Below, piece by piece: positions 42,177 to 58,114 of a DNA stretch of 64,000 nucleotides. The DNA is taken from the NCBI RefSeq assembly GCF_009914755.1, contig NC_060929.1. The stretch is one strand, 5' to 3'. A program made the translations under genes and the position numbers. The notes beneath the pieces were generated by a model, which saw only the letters and a list, made by a program, of their open reading frames with translations, made no database searches and was not told the origin of the DNA. The DNA comes from the human T2T-CHM13v2.0 reference genome, Homo sapiens. The stretch's first letter is position 1. Each line of letters starts with the position of its first letter.

Positions 42177-42692
42177 GTTAGCACTTATCACACTATCTTC
42201 AAAATACTTCTTTATATTTCTGTTGTTCTCACTTAACTCCACATCCTCAGGGCCAGAGGTCACGTCTTTTTAATCGTTGTGTATCTAAGATGCATTTAAA
42301 AATGCTCATTAAACCCTTCAGATTGGTTTAATGAGGATTTTTTAAAGGCATCTTAGATATACACCAGGAAGAGGCAGTCTTGATATTCTCACACCTTGGC
42401 CTGCAGAAATAGGTCAAAGATCTTCAGTAATGTGAAGGAATCCTCACTCGTTAATCTCATGGCATTTCTTTCCTGACAACTTGAGTCATGATCTTTCACT
42501 GTGAGGCTTCGGGAGTAAACTTAACAGTGATTATTGTCATAGCAATAGTTAACAATAATGCAGAAGTCAATTGTAAGGATGCTTTCAGAGTAATTGTTAT
42601 ACATATAAAGAATAACTATGTCACTGGGCTTTTAGTTGACCTATGCTGATGAAACGGTTAGGAGGAGTAGAAAAGAAAGAAAAGAAGGACAT

Positions 42693-43160
42693 TGTGAAGC
42701 AGGATCACTGTGCACTGGTTACCAACTTGTCTAAGCCCAGTGAGACAGAAAATACCCATGCACACAACAAATTGCATGAAATAGGTTTATTGCTTACAGA
42801 TAGGCAGCAAGGGATAATGGAATCCTGGGATTTATTGCAAGCAGGTCTCAGGAAAGCTGCCTGGAGTGGATGGAGTCCCGAATGTGCATGCCTCACTTGC
42901 ACCACAGATGAGGGACCCAGAAAGCAGCTCCCTCTGCATTTCATAGCCCAGGGTGATGTGACACATTGTGCTAAAATGTTAAAGGATAGCCTGTTTGTTC
43001 TAGGAGGGAATGGAACAGAGCACAGGCTGTTCCAGCCAGTCCCCACCATCTCAGGATGCTACATTCCCAGCACATTCTACAGTTCTTCTTGAGAAGTGCA
43101 AACGCGAAGTCCAGTGGGAGAGCAGGATTTGACTAAGGCCACTTGGAGAATTTTCCTGCA
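42693..43160 (-). mobile_element. Solo LTR47-like ERVL LTR
   Basis: tgtgaagcaggatcactgtgcactggttaccaacttgtct...; TG/CA ends; aataaa on the minus strand. Confidence 0.75.
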
Positions 43161-43594
43161 GAAGTGATTTACAAAGAGCGAGGTTTGCTTACATATAGGC
43201 ACCTTTAACTAAAGTGAAAAACCCAATGGATCGCTAAAGACAAGAGCAACCATGTAGGTCAAAGCAGGTGTGCTGCAGCAGCTGCATATAAAGGGCTTCA
43301 TTTTCCAGCATCTTTGGTAAGTTCATCTTACTTTCTGGGGGGGTAAACCTAGGTCAAAAATCTGCAAAGTAAAAGAAATTTTTAACTTCAGAAAAATCAT
43401 ACTGGCTATATCCTGAGATTATAAGTACCCTAACCTTACCAGGTATACACATTTCTGCTCATTAATTTATCAATAAGTTATTGAGGGAAGCAGATGTGAG
43501 GCAAATCAAGAGCACTTGTCAACATTACTGAGCTATTTAAAAGAACTCTGAGAATGAAACTTCCTGAGAACATTTGGCAACACCATAGAAGGTG

Positions 43595-44040
43595 ATGGGG
43601 TTCACAGAGCTTCTAGGTTCATGAATAAAAACCTACCTACGTGCTAGAAAAATGGTCTATCTCAAATCCATAGGGACAGAAGCTCCTGCATCCAGAATCC
43701 TTCCCACTCTTGCCCTAACTATCTCCCCATCTGGCTGTTAGTTTGTATCCTCGGTTCTGTGAGCCACTCTAGCCAATTAATGAATATGAGAAGGGGCTCA
43801 TGGGAATCTCCAATTTGTAGGCAAGTCACACAGAAGTTGTGGGTAATGTGGGAACTTATTGTGATTGGAGTCTGAAGCAAGGGGCAGTCTTGTGGGATTA
43901 AGCTCTTAATCTCTGGGGTCTGTGCTAACTCTTGTTAGTGTCAGAATTGAACTGCATTGTAGGATCCCAACTGGTGTTGGAGAAAACTTGGTGGGAGAAA
44001 ACAGCCTCACACATTTGGTGTCAGAAGTGAAATACTGAGG
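43595..44040 (+). mobile_element. MER21-like LTR, 3' portion
   Basis: gggacagaagctcctgc...ggggcagtcttgtggga...cacatttggtgtcagaagtg. Confidence 0.8.
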
Positions 44041-44434
44041 TTGTGTGAGAGATGAGGAAGGGAAAATGTTTTTATTGCACAGTTTGTTTAGTTTCTTCCT
44101 ATATAACAGTTAGGATCTATAACAGACTTTACAACCAATTAAACTCTAAAACATATCAGAATATATTTTGTTTCAAACTTTAACTAAAACTCAATTTTGC
44201 TGAGGAGCTTTTACAACATTTCAATATAAATACTTAATGGGAATCTCGCTCTTTATCCTTTATTGCAGAGTTAAGAATTCTTCCCTGAAATAAGGCCTTT
44301 CTGTTTACGATGATCATGGGTCTTTAGTACACACAGTAAAGCTTTTCAGTGTTGACCATAGAATACTAGAAAGTCATAATGCCTTCTTCAATAATGGATT
44401 GAATAGGCTGAAAGAACATAAGATTGATTGATTC

Positions 44435-44668
44435 TTTTTTTTTTTTTTTTTTTTGAGACAGAGTCTTGCTCTTTCATCCAGCCTGGAGTGCAATGATGTG
44501 ATCTCAGCTAACTACAACCTCCACCTCCCGGGTTCAAGCAATTCTCCCACCTCAGCCTTCAGAGTAGCTGGGATTATAGGCAAGCGCCACCACGTCTGGC
44601 TAATTTTTGTATTTTTGTAGAGATAAGGTTTTACCATGTTGGCCAGGCTGGTCTTGATGCGCCCGGCC
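44435..44668 (-). mobile_element. Alu (AluS) with a ~67-bp left-arm deletion
   Basis: Junction gtcttga|tgcgcccggcc; TSD taagattgattg at 44419-44430 and 44669-44680. Confidence 0.9.
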
Positions 44669-44760
44669 TAAGATTGATTGGTTGTTAGTAACTTTACTGA
44701 TTCTGTTTTAAATTGTCACCAACTAGCCCCCACAAATGCACATTTGGCTTTTTTGGCTTC

Positions 44761-45095
<335 letters not shown>

Positions 45096-45649
45096 TAACA
45101 TTTATGAGAGAAATGAAAAATATACTAGATGAAGTGATCTTAAACTGTAAATACTCCTAAAGGCACGGGGTTAATAACTCTGTTTACTTGGGTATTTCTA
45201 ATAAAGAAGACACATGCTCTCCTTCCAAATATAATTGTTATCTAATTGTGAGAGGTAAAATGCTGGGAAGAGCTCTATGCAGGAAACGCCTAACTCAGCA
45301 CGTCTGGGTTGCCCAAAATCTGCACAATCCAAAGGAATGCATATCATTAGGACTGGCTCTTGGCCAGTATCTGGGATATGACCTTTAAGCCCTTGGAATA
45401 TTCTGCCTGATAAGCATGTTTCCGTGTGCTGAGTCCTGGGTCATGTGATACCAGTTTGATCAGGTGAGTTATGCTCACAACATGATTAATGGTGGACACA
45501 TATTTTTGCTCTGAGAGGCTTGAGTCAGAATAGCTGAGGTCAATCATGCAGGTGCTGCATGTCTATATAACTCACTCCCAGTAAAAAACATGGTCACCAC
45601 AGCTTTAGTAAGATTTCGTGGTTGATAACACTTCACAAGGGTTGTCACA

Positions 45650-46186
45650 GGTAAGGGAGGAAAGACTTTCATTATACCCTATTAGGGTCTGTGTCTGGGT
45701 CTGAGAATTAAACTTATAGAAGACACATTAACAAGAGAAGCTTACAATTTTTTTGATGTTAATATTTTTATGTGTACATAGAGGCCTTCATATAAAAGAA
45801 ATGAAAATTCAAAGAAGCGGATAGGCCTGGGAGCTTATATGCCATTTTATCAAAGAGCAATAAATTGTGGAGATGTGTAAATGAGGTTGAGCAAGAGGTG
45901 ATAAATTGTGGGAAGGTGGCTAGGAAAACTAATGGAAATTATGGGGAAAACTAATGGAAGTTAAGGGTTATTTTAGTAGGTTTGTTTGTATACATTCATA
46001 TTGGTATTGATTCCCCATCTCTCGTGATAGGGAGGACACATTTCTCATGGAAAATTTATGCACCGCTTTCAGGTATAAAGGGTGAGGCCACAGAGTCCTT
46101 CCTGAAGGAAATTGTTTAGCTTCTTCAAAATAATCAATATGGCTAAATGGCATATTTTGAGATGGCATAGTCTGATCCTCTTTATA
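45650..46186 (-). mobile_element. Solo MER34-family ERV1 LTR
   Basis: caaaataatcaatatggctaaatggcatattttgagatggcata end; 4-bp TSD caca. Confidence 0.8.
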
Positions 46187-47571
46187 CACATTGTTGCTCA
46201 TAGAATTGTGTTCACGTCAGTCCTTGGGAGGTGGCTGGCAAGATGGCTGAATAGGGAGAGCTCTGATCTGCAGCTCCTGGCGAGATGAACGCAGAAGGAG
46301 GGTGATTTCTGCATTTCCAACTGAGGTACCCAGCTCATCTCATTGGGACTGATTAGACAGTGGGTGCAGCCTACGGAGGGCGAGCCAAAGCAGGGTGGGG
46401 CATCGCCTTACCCGGGAAGTGCAAGGGGTCAGGGAACTCCCTCCCCGAGCCAACGGAAGCCATGAGGGACCATGCCTTGAGGAATGGTGCATTCCGGCCC
46501 AGGTACTATGCTCTTCCCAAAGTCTTCACAATCCGCAGACCAGGAGATTCCCTCGGGTACCTATACCACCAGGGCCCTGGGTTTCAAGCACAAAACTGGG
46601 CAGCCATTTGGACAGACACCAAGTTAGCTGCATGAGTTTTTTCTCATACCCCAGTGGTGCCTGGAATGCCAGTGAGACAGAACCATTCACTCCTCTGAAA
46701 AGGGGCCTGAAGCCAGGAGGTCAAATGGTCTAGCTCAGTGAATCCCACCCCCATGGAGCCCAGCAAGCTAAGATCAATTGGCTTGAAATTCTTGCTGCCA
46801 GCACAGCAGTCTGAAGTCAACCTGGGATGCTTGAGCTTGGTTAGGGGAGGGGTGTCTGCCATTACTGGGGCTTGAGTACGTGGTTTTACCCTCACAGTGT
46901 AAACAAAGCCACTGGGAAGTTTGAACTGGGCAGAGCCCACCACAGCTCTGCAAAGCCACTGTGGCCAGACTACCTCTCCAGATTCCTCCTCTCTGGGCAG
47001 AGCATCTCTGAAAGAAAGGCTGCAGCCCCAATAAGGGGCTTATAGATAAAATTCCCATCTCCCTGGGACAGAGCACCTGGGGGAAGGGGCAGCTGTGAGT
47101 GCAGCTTCAGCAAACTTAAACTTTCTTGCCTGCCAGCTCTGCAGAGAGCAGCAAATCTCCCAGCAGAGTGCCTGAACTCTGCTAAGGGACAGACTGCCTC
47201 CTCAAGTGAGGCCCTGACTCCCGTGCCTCCTGACTGGGAGATAACTCGAAGCAGGGGTCGACAGACACCTCATACAGGAGAGCTCTGGCTGGCATCTGGT
47301 GGGTGCCCCTCTGGTTTGAAGCTTCCAGAGGAAGGAACAGGCAGCAATCTTTGTTGTTCTGCAGCCTCTGCTGGTGATACCCAGGCAAACAGGGTCTGGA
47401 GCGGACTTCCAGCAAACTCCAGCAGACCTGCAGTAGAGTGGCCTGACTGTTAGAAGGGAAACTAACGAACAGAAAGGAATAGCATTAACATAAACAAAAA
47501 AAAATGTCCACACAAACACCCAATCCGAAGGTCACCAACATCAAAGACTAAAGGTAGATAAATCAACAAAG

Positions 47572-48058
47572 ATGAGGAAAAACCAGTGCAAAAAGGCTGA
47601 AAATTCCAAAAACCAGAAAGCCTCTTCTCCTCCAAAGGATTACAACTCCTCACCAGCAAGGGAACAAAACTGGAGGGGGAATGAGTTTGACGAATTGACA
47701 GGAGTAGGCTTCAGAAGGTGGGTAATAACAAATTCCTCCAAGCTAAAGGAGCATGTTCTAACCCAATGCAAGGAAGCTAAGAACCTTGAGAAAAGATTAG
47801 ATGAATTGCTAACTAGAATAACCAGTTTAGAGAAGAATATAAATGACCTGATGGAGCTGAGAAACACAGCATGAGAACTTCATGAAGCATACAGAAGGAT
47901 CAATAGCCAAATCGATCAAGTGGAAGAAAGGATATCAGAGATTGAAGATCAACTTAATGAAGTAAAGCACGAAGAAAAGATTAGAGAAAAAAGAATGAAA
48001 AGGAATGAACAAAGCCTCCAAGAATTATGGGACTATGTGAAAAGAACAAATCTACATT
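47572..48058 (+). pseudogene. L1 ORF1p N-terminal half, premature stop at 47872-47874, truncated
   Basis: ORFs 47572-47874 and 47920-48105 translate to the ORF1p coiled coil. Confidence 0.9.
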
Positions 48059-48970
48059 TTCCCTACGATTGCCTATTTAATGAATGGTGTTGGGAAAACT
48101 GGTAGCCATATGCAGAAAGCTGAACCTGCATCCCTTCCTTACACCTTATACAAAAATTAACTCAAGATGGATTAAAGACTTAAATGTAAGACCTGAAACC
48201 ATAAAAACCCTAGAAGAAAACCTAGGCAATACCATTCAGGACATAGGCATGCGCAAAGAATTCATGACTAAAACACCAAAAGCAATGGCAACAAAAGCCA
48301 AAATTGACAAATGGGATCTAATTAAACTAAAGAGCTCCTGCACAGCAAAAGAAACTATCATCAGAGTGAACAGAGAACCTACAGAATGGGAGAAAATTTT
48401 TGCAATCTATGATCTGACAAAGAGCTAATATCCAGAATCTACAAGGAACTTAAACAAATTTACGAGAAAAAATCAAACAGCCCCATCAGAAAGTAGACGA
48501 AGGATATGAACAGACACTTCTGAAAAGAAGACATTTATGCAGCCAACAAACATATATAAAAAAAAAGCTCATCATCACTGGTCATTAGAGAAATACAAAT
48601 CAAAACCACAATGAGATACCATCTCACACCAGTTAGAATGGTGATCATTAAAAAGTCAGGAAACAACAGATGCTGGAGAGGAGGTGGAGAAACAGGAATG
48701 CTTCTATACTGTTGGTGGGAGTGTAAATTAGTTCAAACATTGTGGAAGACAGTGTGGTGATTCCTCAAGGATCTAGAACTAGAAATACCATTTGACCCAG
48801 CAATCCCATTCTACGATAAAGACACATGCCCATGTATGTTTATTGTGTCACTATTCACAATAGCAAAGACTTGGAACCAATTCAAATGTCCATCAATCAT
48901 AGACTGGATAAAGAAAATGTGGCACATATACACCATGGAATACTTTGCAGCCATAAAAAAGGATGAGTTT

Positions 48971-49310
48971 GGGCTAGGCGCGGTGGCTCATGGCTGTAAT
49001 CCCAGCACTCTGGTATGACAAGGCAGGCTGATCACGAGGTCAGGAGTTTGAGACCACCCTGACCAACATGGTGAAACCCCGTCTGTACTAAAAATACAAA
49101 AATTAGCTGGGTGTGGTGATGTGCACCTGTAATCCCAACTACTCAGTAGGCTGAGGGAGGAGAATCACTTGAACCTGGGAGGCAGAGGTTGCAGTGAGCT
49201 GAGGTTGTATCAGTGCTCTCCAGCCTGGATGACAGAGTGAGAGTCCATCTCAAAAACAACCAACCAACCAACCAACGAACCAACCACCAAACAAACAAAC
49301 AAACAAAAAA
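48971..49310 (+). mobile_element. Alu (AluSg/Sx-like) inside the L1, with a (CAAC/CAAA)n tail
   Basis: Dimer interrupts the L1 between ggatgagtt and gtgtcctttgcagg. Confidence 0.95.
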
Positions 49311-50739
49311 GAGTGTGTCCTTTGCAGGGACATGGATGAAGCTGGAAACCATTATTTTCAGCAAACTAACACAGGAACAGAAAACCAAACACCGCATGTT
49401 CTCACTCATAAGTGGGAGTTGAACAATGAGAACACATGGACACAGGGAGGGGAACATCACACACTGGGGCCTGTCGGGGGGTGGGGGGCTAGAGGAGGGC
49501 TAGCATGAAATACCTAATATAGATGACAGGTTGATGGGTACAGCAAACCACCATGGCATGTGTAAACCTATGTTACAAACCTGCATGTCCTGCACATGTA
49601 TCCCGAACTTAAAGTGCAATAAAGAAAAAGAGGAGCTCAAAAAAAATGACATTTTGATTAGTCTTTAAATAAAGAAACATTAAAAAATGAATTGTGTTCA
49701 TGTAACTCTCTAGGAGTGAAGGAGAGTGTGTCACACATTGCTGTATGGAGAATTGAGGCTGTCCTTCTGGAAGAGGACATATGGAAAATTGTGCCTGGTT
49801 TCTTATGGACATTGCTGCTTGTTCCTTTCCCTTGGCTAACTTTCAATCTGTATCTGTTTGCTGTAATAACCCAAAACCATGAGTATAACAGCATTTCTGA
49901 GTCCTGTTGTCTTTATAGCTAGTCATTGAGTCGAGGGTAGTCTTGTGGATCCCTGATAAATGTTCTAAAATTTAAAACAACACTAGAGTTTTGATCACAT
50001 GTTGGTTGTCAGAAAAAAAATGTCAAAAAATTTACCAGGGCTTTTTGAAATGCCTAGATTTTCCATTTCTCAATGAAACTTGTTTGATCATGACTATTCC
50101 AGCTAATGGAGCAGTGTGATGTAGAGGAAGGAGCCACTGAGGGTATGTGGGGTGTTAGACTGGATCATCATTCTTCAAGGCGTGTTCCTTGGAATGCCTG
50201 GGAGGAGAGCAATTTTCTATTAAAATTTAATTCGCCTCCTTCCAAATATGGTTCCCTGGACGATTTAGCAAATAGCATTCCTTTTTTGGAGATTCAAAAA
50301 GCACATTAGCATTGAGGATTGCTACAGTAAAGAAATCTGCCTAACTTTGTTTTATCCAGTATTGCCTAAAATTATTGGACCACTGAAAACTCTCCATTTT
50401 GCTGTTATTAAAAGAAAAGCAAACCCCTAACAACTTTTAACTACTCCTAGAAATAGTGTTCCATAAAAAAAATACTTTGGGAAAACTTGAACTTGATTTC
50501 TAAGACACCCTGCTGCTCTCACCCTTTATAATTTTTGAATTAAATTAACTTTAGGAAATAATCTATTCATACATAGTAATGTGTTTGACTCTGTACAGAA
50601 GAGGTCAAATAAAAGTGCATTTACTTTTTTTAAGACTTAAAGATATTAACAGAAAAATAACTAATATATGTGACAGCATTTACAACTAATGGCTGGTAAT
50701 TATAGGCAGAAAAATAAATTCAGGTAATAAGCAAGATAT

Positions 50740-51190
50740 TTGCAACATGTGCACAATTAGCAGGCAATGGGTTATTCTAGATAAGAAAGAATGAGAGAGT
50801 TCTAGTTGGATGTGTGGGGTGTCAGAGGAAATATTGAAAGTTAAGTGGGAGAGCCAGTGTAAGTGAGGAAACTGTGAGGGGTGATTAGGAAGTATCTTAA
50901 AGCAAAAATTCAACATTTATATTTTGTACTTTAAGAAGATGGTATGGTAGCCTTTGAAGTGAGATGTGAGGGCATTGCATTGGGCAAGAAGTATTTGAAT
51001 CTGAGTAAAAATGTGTAGTGCTTAAAGAGGTAACTCAAAGGGGAAAATGTAATATTTCATTTAGGACCATCCTGTCCTGAGCTGGAAAATTAATTGTGGT
51101 TATAGAGGAAGAGATGGATGTGCACACGATGGGACAGATTGTGTGCGAAAAATCATTGATGAGGAGGAGTCAGAGATGACCAGGAGAGAT
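50740..51190 (-). mobile_element. Degenerate L2-like fragment
   Basis: Purine-rich; ends gaggaggagtcagagatgac. Confidence 0.45.
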
Positions 51191-51769
51191 CCACTGGGAA
51201 AAGACCCCACATTTCCTGATGTCAGCCAAGAGCCACCCTTTGAAGCAGGCCCTTCTAAACGAGTGCCATGTGCTACTAGCCTAACTTTTCCTGCAGAGGG
51301 TGTATAGGAGGTTATTTTCAATGCAGCTATCTGAGAGGAGAAAGTATGATGGAGTAAAACTAGAGTGATTCAAAGGGATGGGAGAGAAAGAGAGAGAGAG
51401 AAGACAAAGAAGGCAATTTTCTATTAAAATTTAATGGGGTGGCTGATGCTATTTGGCTGATTTTTAAAACTAGCAGCCCTTGATAGTTATGGAAGTTTTT
51501 TCTTATACCTTTTATAGTACAAGCCATGCACAAAGAGAGAATAAAAATAAAATTAGGCACTCTGAACATAGGAAACTTTGATTTCCTAGGAGTTCTCTGC
51601 TTTTAGAAGTATTTTTGAGGGGGTCATTTCCCTAGTACTGAGTAATTTTGGACTGGTTATCTGCCAAAATCAATTTTCTAGCTACTGTACTTCCGTAGTT
51701 ACCTTTGCCAGACAGAAATAATTACCAGTTGCATTATACTTCCCAGCTTTTTTCCCTCTCTACTGAACG

Positions 51770-51920
51770 CGTATGCCCTGTTATTTTTTCATGTCTATTG
51801 CCTGCTAGATTTAAGTTCTCTTGGGGCAAGGATTATGTCTGTCATTTTCATATTTTTGCCAGCACTTTGTAGCACAGTGTCCAACAATCAAAGGTATATT
51901 TAAACAGTGAGTTGAATGAA
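51770..51920 (+). mobile_element. L2 3' end
   Basis: ctagatttaagttctcttggggcaagg...tagcacagtgtcc...gttgaatgaa. Confidence 0.7.
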
Positions 51921-52159
51921 ATTAAGACTGTTATATTGTGTATATTTTATAAAAATTAAAAATTCAATTCTTTATTATTATAGCAACCCAAAAGTTATTC
52001 AGTTTTCAATTTTTCCTTATAAGCCATTAGTATGTTTAACATCTGACAGAATTTTATGCATGGACAGGAATAGTTGCTATCACTAAGTTTATTAAAAATA
52101 TTTTTCTTAATATTTAAACAATATTTAAACTCTAATCCATTTACACTCCCTAACTTTAT

Positions 52160-55616
<3,457 letters not shown>

Positions 55617-56329
55617 TCACTAACTTTATAAATCATATTGCCTTAGACCTTGAATACTGATCATAAAATTAGTCAAAAATTGCCTAAACACTTCAATAAA
55701 ATTACAAGTCCCAGAGGTCAATTTCTCTTAAATGTTTTTTCACTTTAGAATACATATAATTATGGAAATAATTATTGAGGGTACAACCAAACCTACTCTT
55801 ACAACTATTTTAAAATATCAACACTAAGGCACTGTGGGTGACTGACTTCTTTATTATTTGTATATCTATTCTCATAGCTAACATTACTTACAGTTAACTT
55901 ATGTCTGACCTTGAGGAAAGCAGTATACTCTATGAGAGCTGAAGTTGCATTTTCTAGGTTGATGCTTGGCGGGACACAGGACCTGGTCATTACAGTCATT
56001 ATTTAATCAAAATTCATAGAGTGGAAACCAGGTGCTAGATATAGCACTAATAAAGCAACAAACTGTAATTGGATTTAAAACAAACTTATCTTACAAAGGT
56101 TTCTTCTATCAGCATAATAAATGTAATATATAAAATATATGCTAAATATATATATTTATATGAATTATAAGTAAAAAACTTAAATTTTAAATTATTAGCA
56201 TACATTTTATAATTTATCTTTTTGTTGTGCAATGCAGTTTTAAATAGCCTTTAACTTGTATGTAGCATTACTAAAATTACACAGTTTGTATTTTGCAGCT
56301 CAAACATGCATCTGTATACAAATAATTCT

Positions 56330-56782
<453 letters not shown>

Positions 56783-56959
56783 CAAGATTATCTTAAGATA
56801 ATCTTTTTTATTTGTCCTATATTTCTATCTATTAAATTATATTGCTATTATAAATACTTTGAAATCTATAAGACTGCAGTCAGTTTTCATATCATTCATC
56901 ACTTAATCAAATGATCTTTTCCTATGTGGTATCAGAAGGCTTTGGACTTTCTCTGATAA

Positions 56960-57150
56960 GGAGCAGTAGTGTAGTTTGTAAGGGTGCTGTGCACCCCAGT
57001 TTACAGCTCTTCCCGCTCACTAACTATAAAACCTTAAGTCGCTTAACTTGGGGATAATAATAGCATATAACTTAGAGAGTTTTCATGAGGATTACCTGAG
57101 GTACTACAAGTCAAGGACCTAAATCAATGCTTGGCTATAGGATGTAATCA
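56960..57150 (+). mobile_element. MIR
   Basis: gctcactaactat...ggggataataatagc...catgaggatt. Confidence 0.6.
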
Positions 57151-58114
57151 GTGGAGGAAACAAGCTATTGTAATTCTTCTTCTTTGGGGGGCTTATTTTG
57201 TTGCTTATTAGCACTTGTATGGCAGAAGAAAGATTAGGAAAAAGAAATAGATTCAGTATTTGTTAACTTTCTTACTTTTCAGAAGTTTGGCAAAAGATTT
57301 CATTTGAGGACTGATTAAAATAAAAGAATATGATAATTTTTCAACAGTTTAAAACTGCATTTTATTGGCTGAAACTCCAAAGGCCAGTCAGTTTCATACA
57401 TCTCAAAGTTCCTCATTGTACCCCTAGTTCGTCTGGTAGCTAACTTATCTCTCAAAAGTAGAAGCATTACCTCCTTTGGACCCTGAGTGGTAGAAAGATT
57501 ACAAAGGGTATGTTAGTGAAAATCTCTCATCCCTGGGAAAGAAGTCAGCCTTTGGGTCCCAGCTTTAGATTGAATGGTTAAGTTGTCTCTTTGTGATTTG
57601 GGGGATTTAGAAAGAAACACAAGCCAAAAAGACAAAATATTCCTGAACCTAGAGCCATAAATCCTAAAATCCACCCTGAGAGATAGATTATTGCCTCAAA
57701 GCCTTGACTTTTATAATGCCGATAACCTGGGGAGCTGTGCCACTTTTAAATGGCTAATTTACCCTATAGTGCAATTAGTTTCTGAGCTTCTTTGGAGTTT
57801 ACAGTGGGGAATGAGTTTATAGTGGGTAAGGACCCATAATAGGAGATGGACAGTGGAAGGGGAGCAGAAGACAAATTTTTACCCTGAGGGAAGATAGTCA
57901 ATGTGGGGGAATGCTCACAGGGCCAGGACTCAGCACAGCTGGGTTCTGCTCTCATGCTGCCACCAAATAGTTGAACAGATTTGGGAGGCTGAAGAGCCAA
58001 GTCTTTGAGGAGCTGCCCTGCTCTGATATTCTCTGATTCCCTGTCATCACTGTGTCTTTATATTTAGGCTGGTCATTGCTATCACTTGGTCTTTAAATGA
58101 AGAAGAGATAGATC

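Larger units (their letters stand above)
46226..49625 (+). mobile_element. L1PA7/8-like element with an intact 5' end and a large internal deletion
   Basis: 5'UTR starts gggaggtggctggcaagatggc; ORF1 ATG at 47572 (MRKNQCKKAENSKNQ); jumps to ORF2 C-terminus at about 48068; 3'UTR present. TSD gaattgtgttcaYgt at 46203-46217 and 49689-49703. Confidence 0.95.
45276..49958 (+). mobile_element. MER77/MER68-like LTR split by MER34 and L1PA insertions (pieces 45276-45649, 46187-46217, 49689-49958)
   Basis: aggactggctcttggccag...gcccttggaatattctgcctgataag; 3' part accatgagtataacagcatttctgagtcctg. Confidence 0.75.

Noticed and set aside
42643-43092. 149-aa ORF with an antisense 114-aa ORF
   Set aside because: Lies almost wholly within the LTR47-like element; no recognisable domain.
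45923-45968. ~22-bp tandem duplication ggaaaactaatggaa in MER34 (similar micro-duplications near 19035, 57795 and 59900)
   Set aside because: Ordinary slippage duplications with no sign of function.
46226-46600. CpG-island host promoter
   Set aside because: The CpGs belong to the L1PA 5'UTR.
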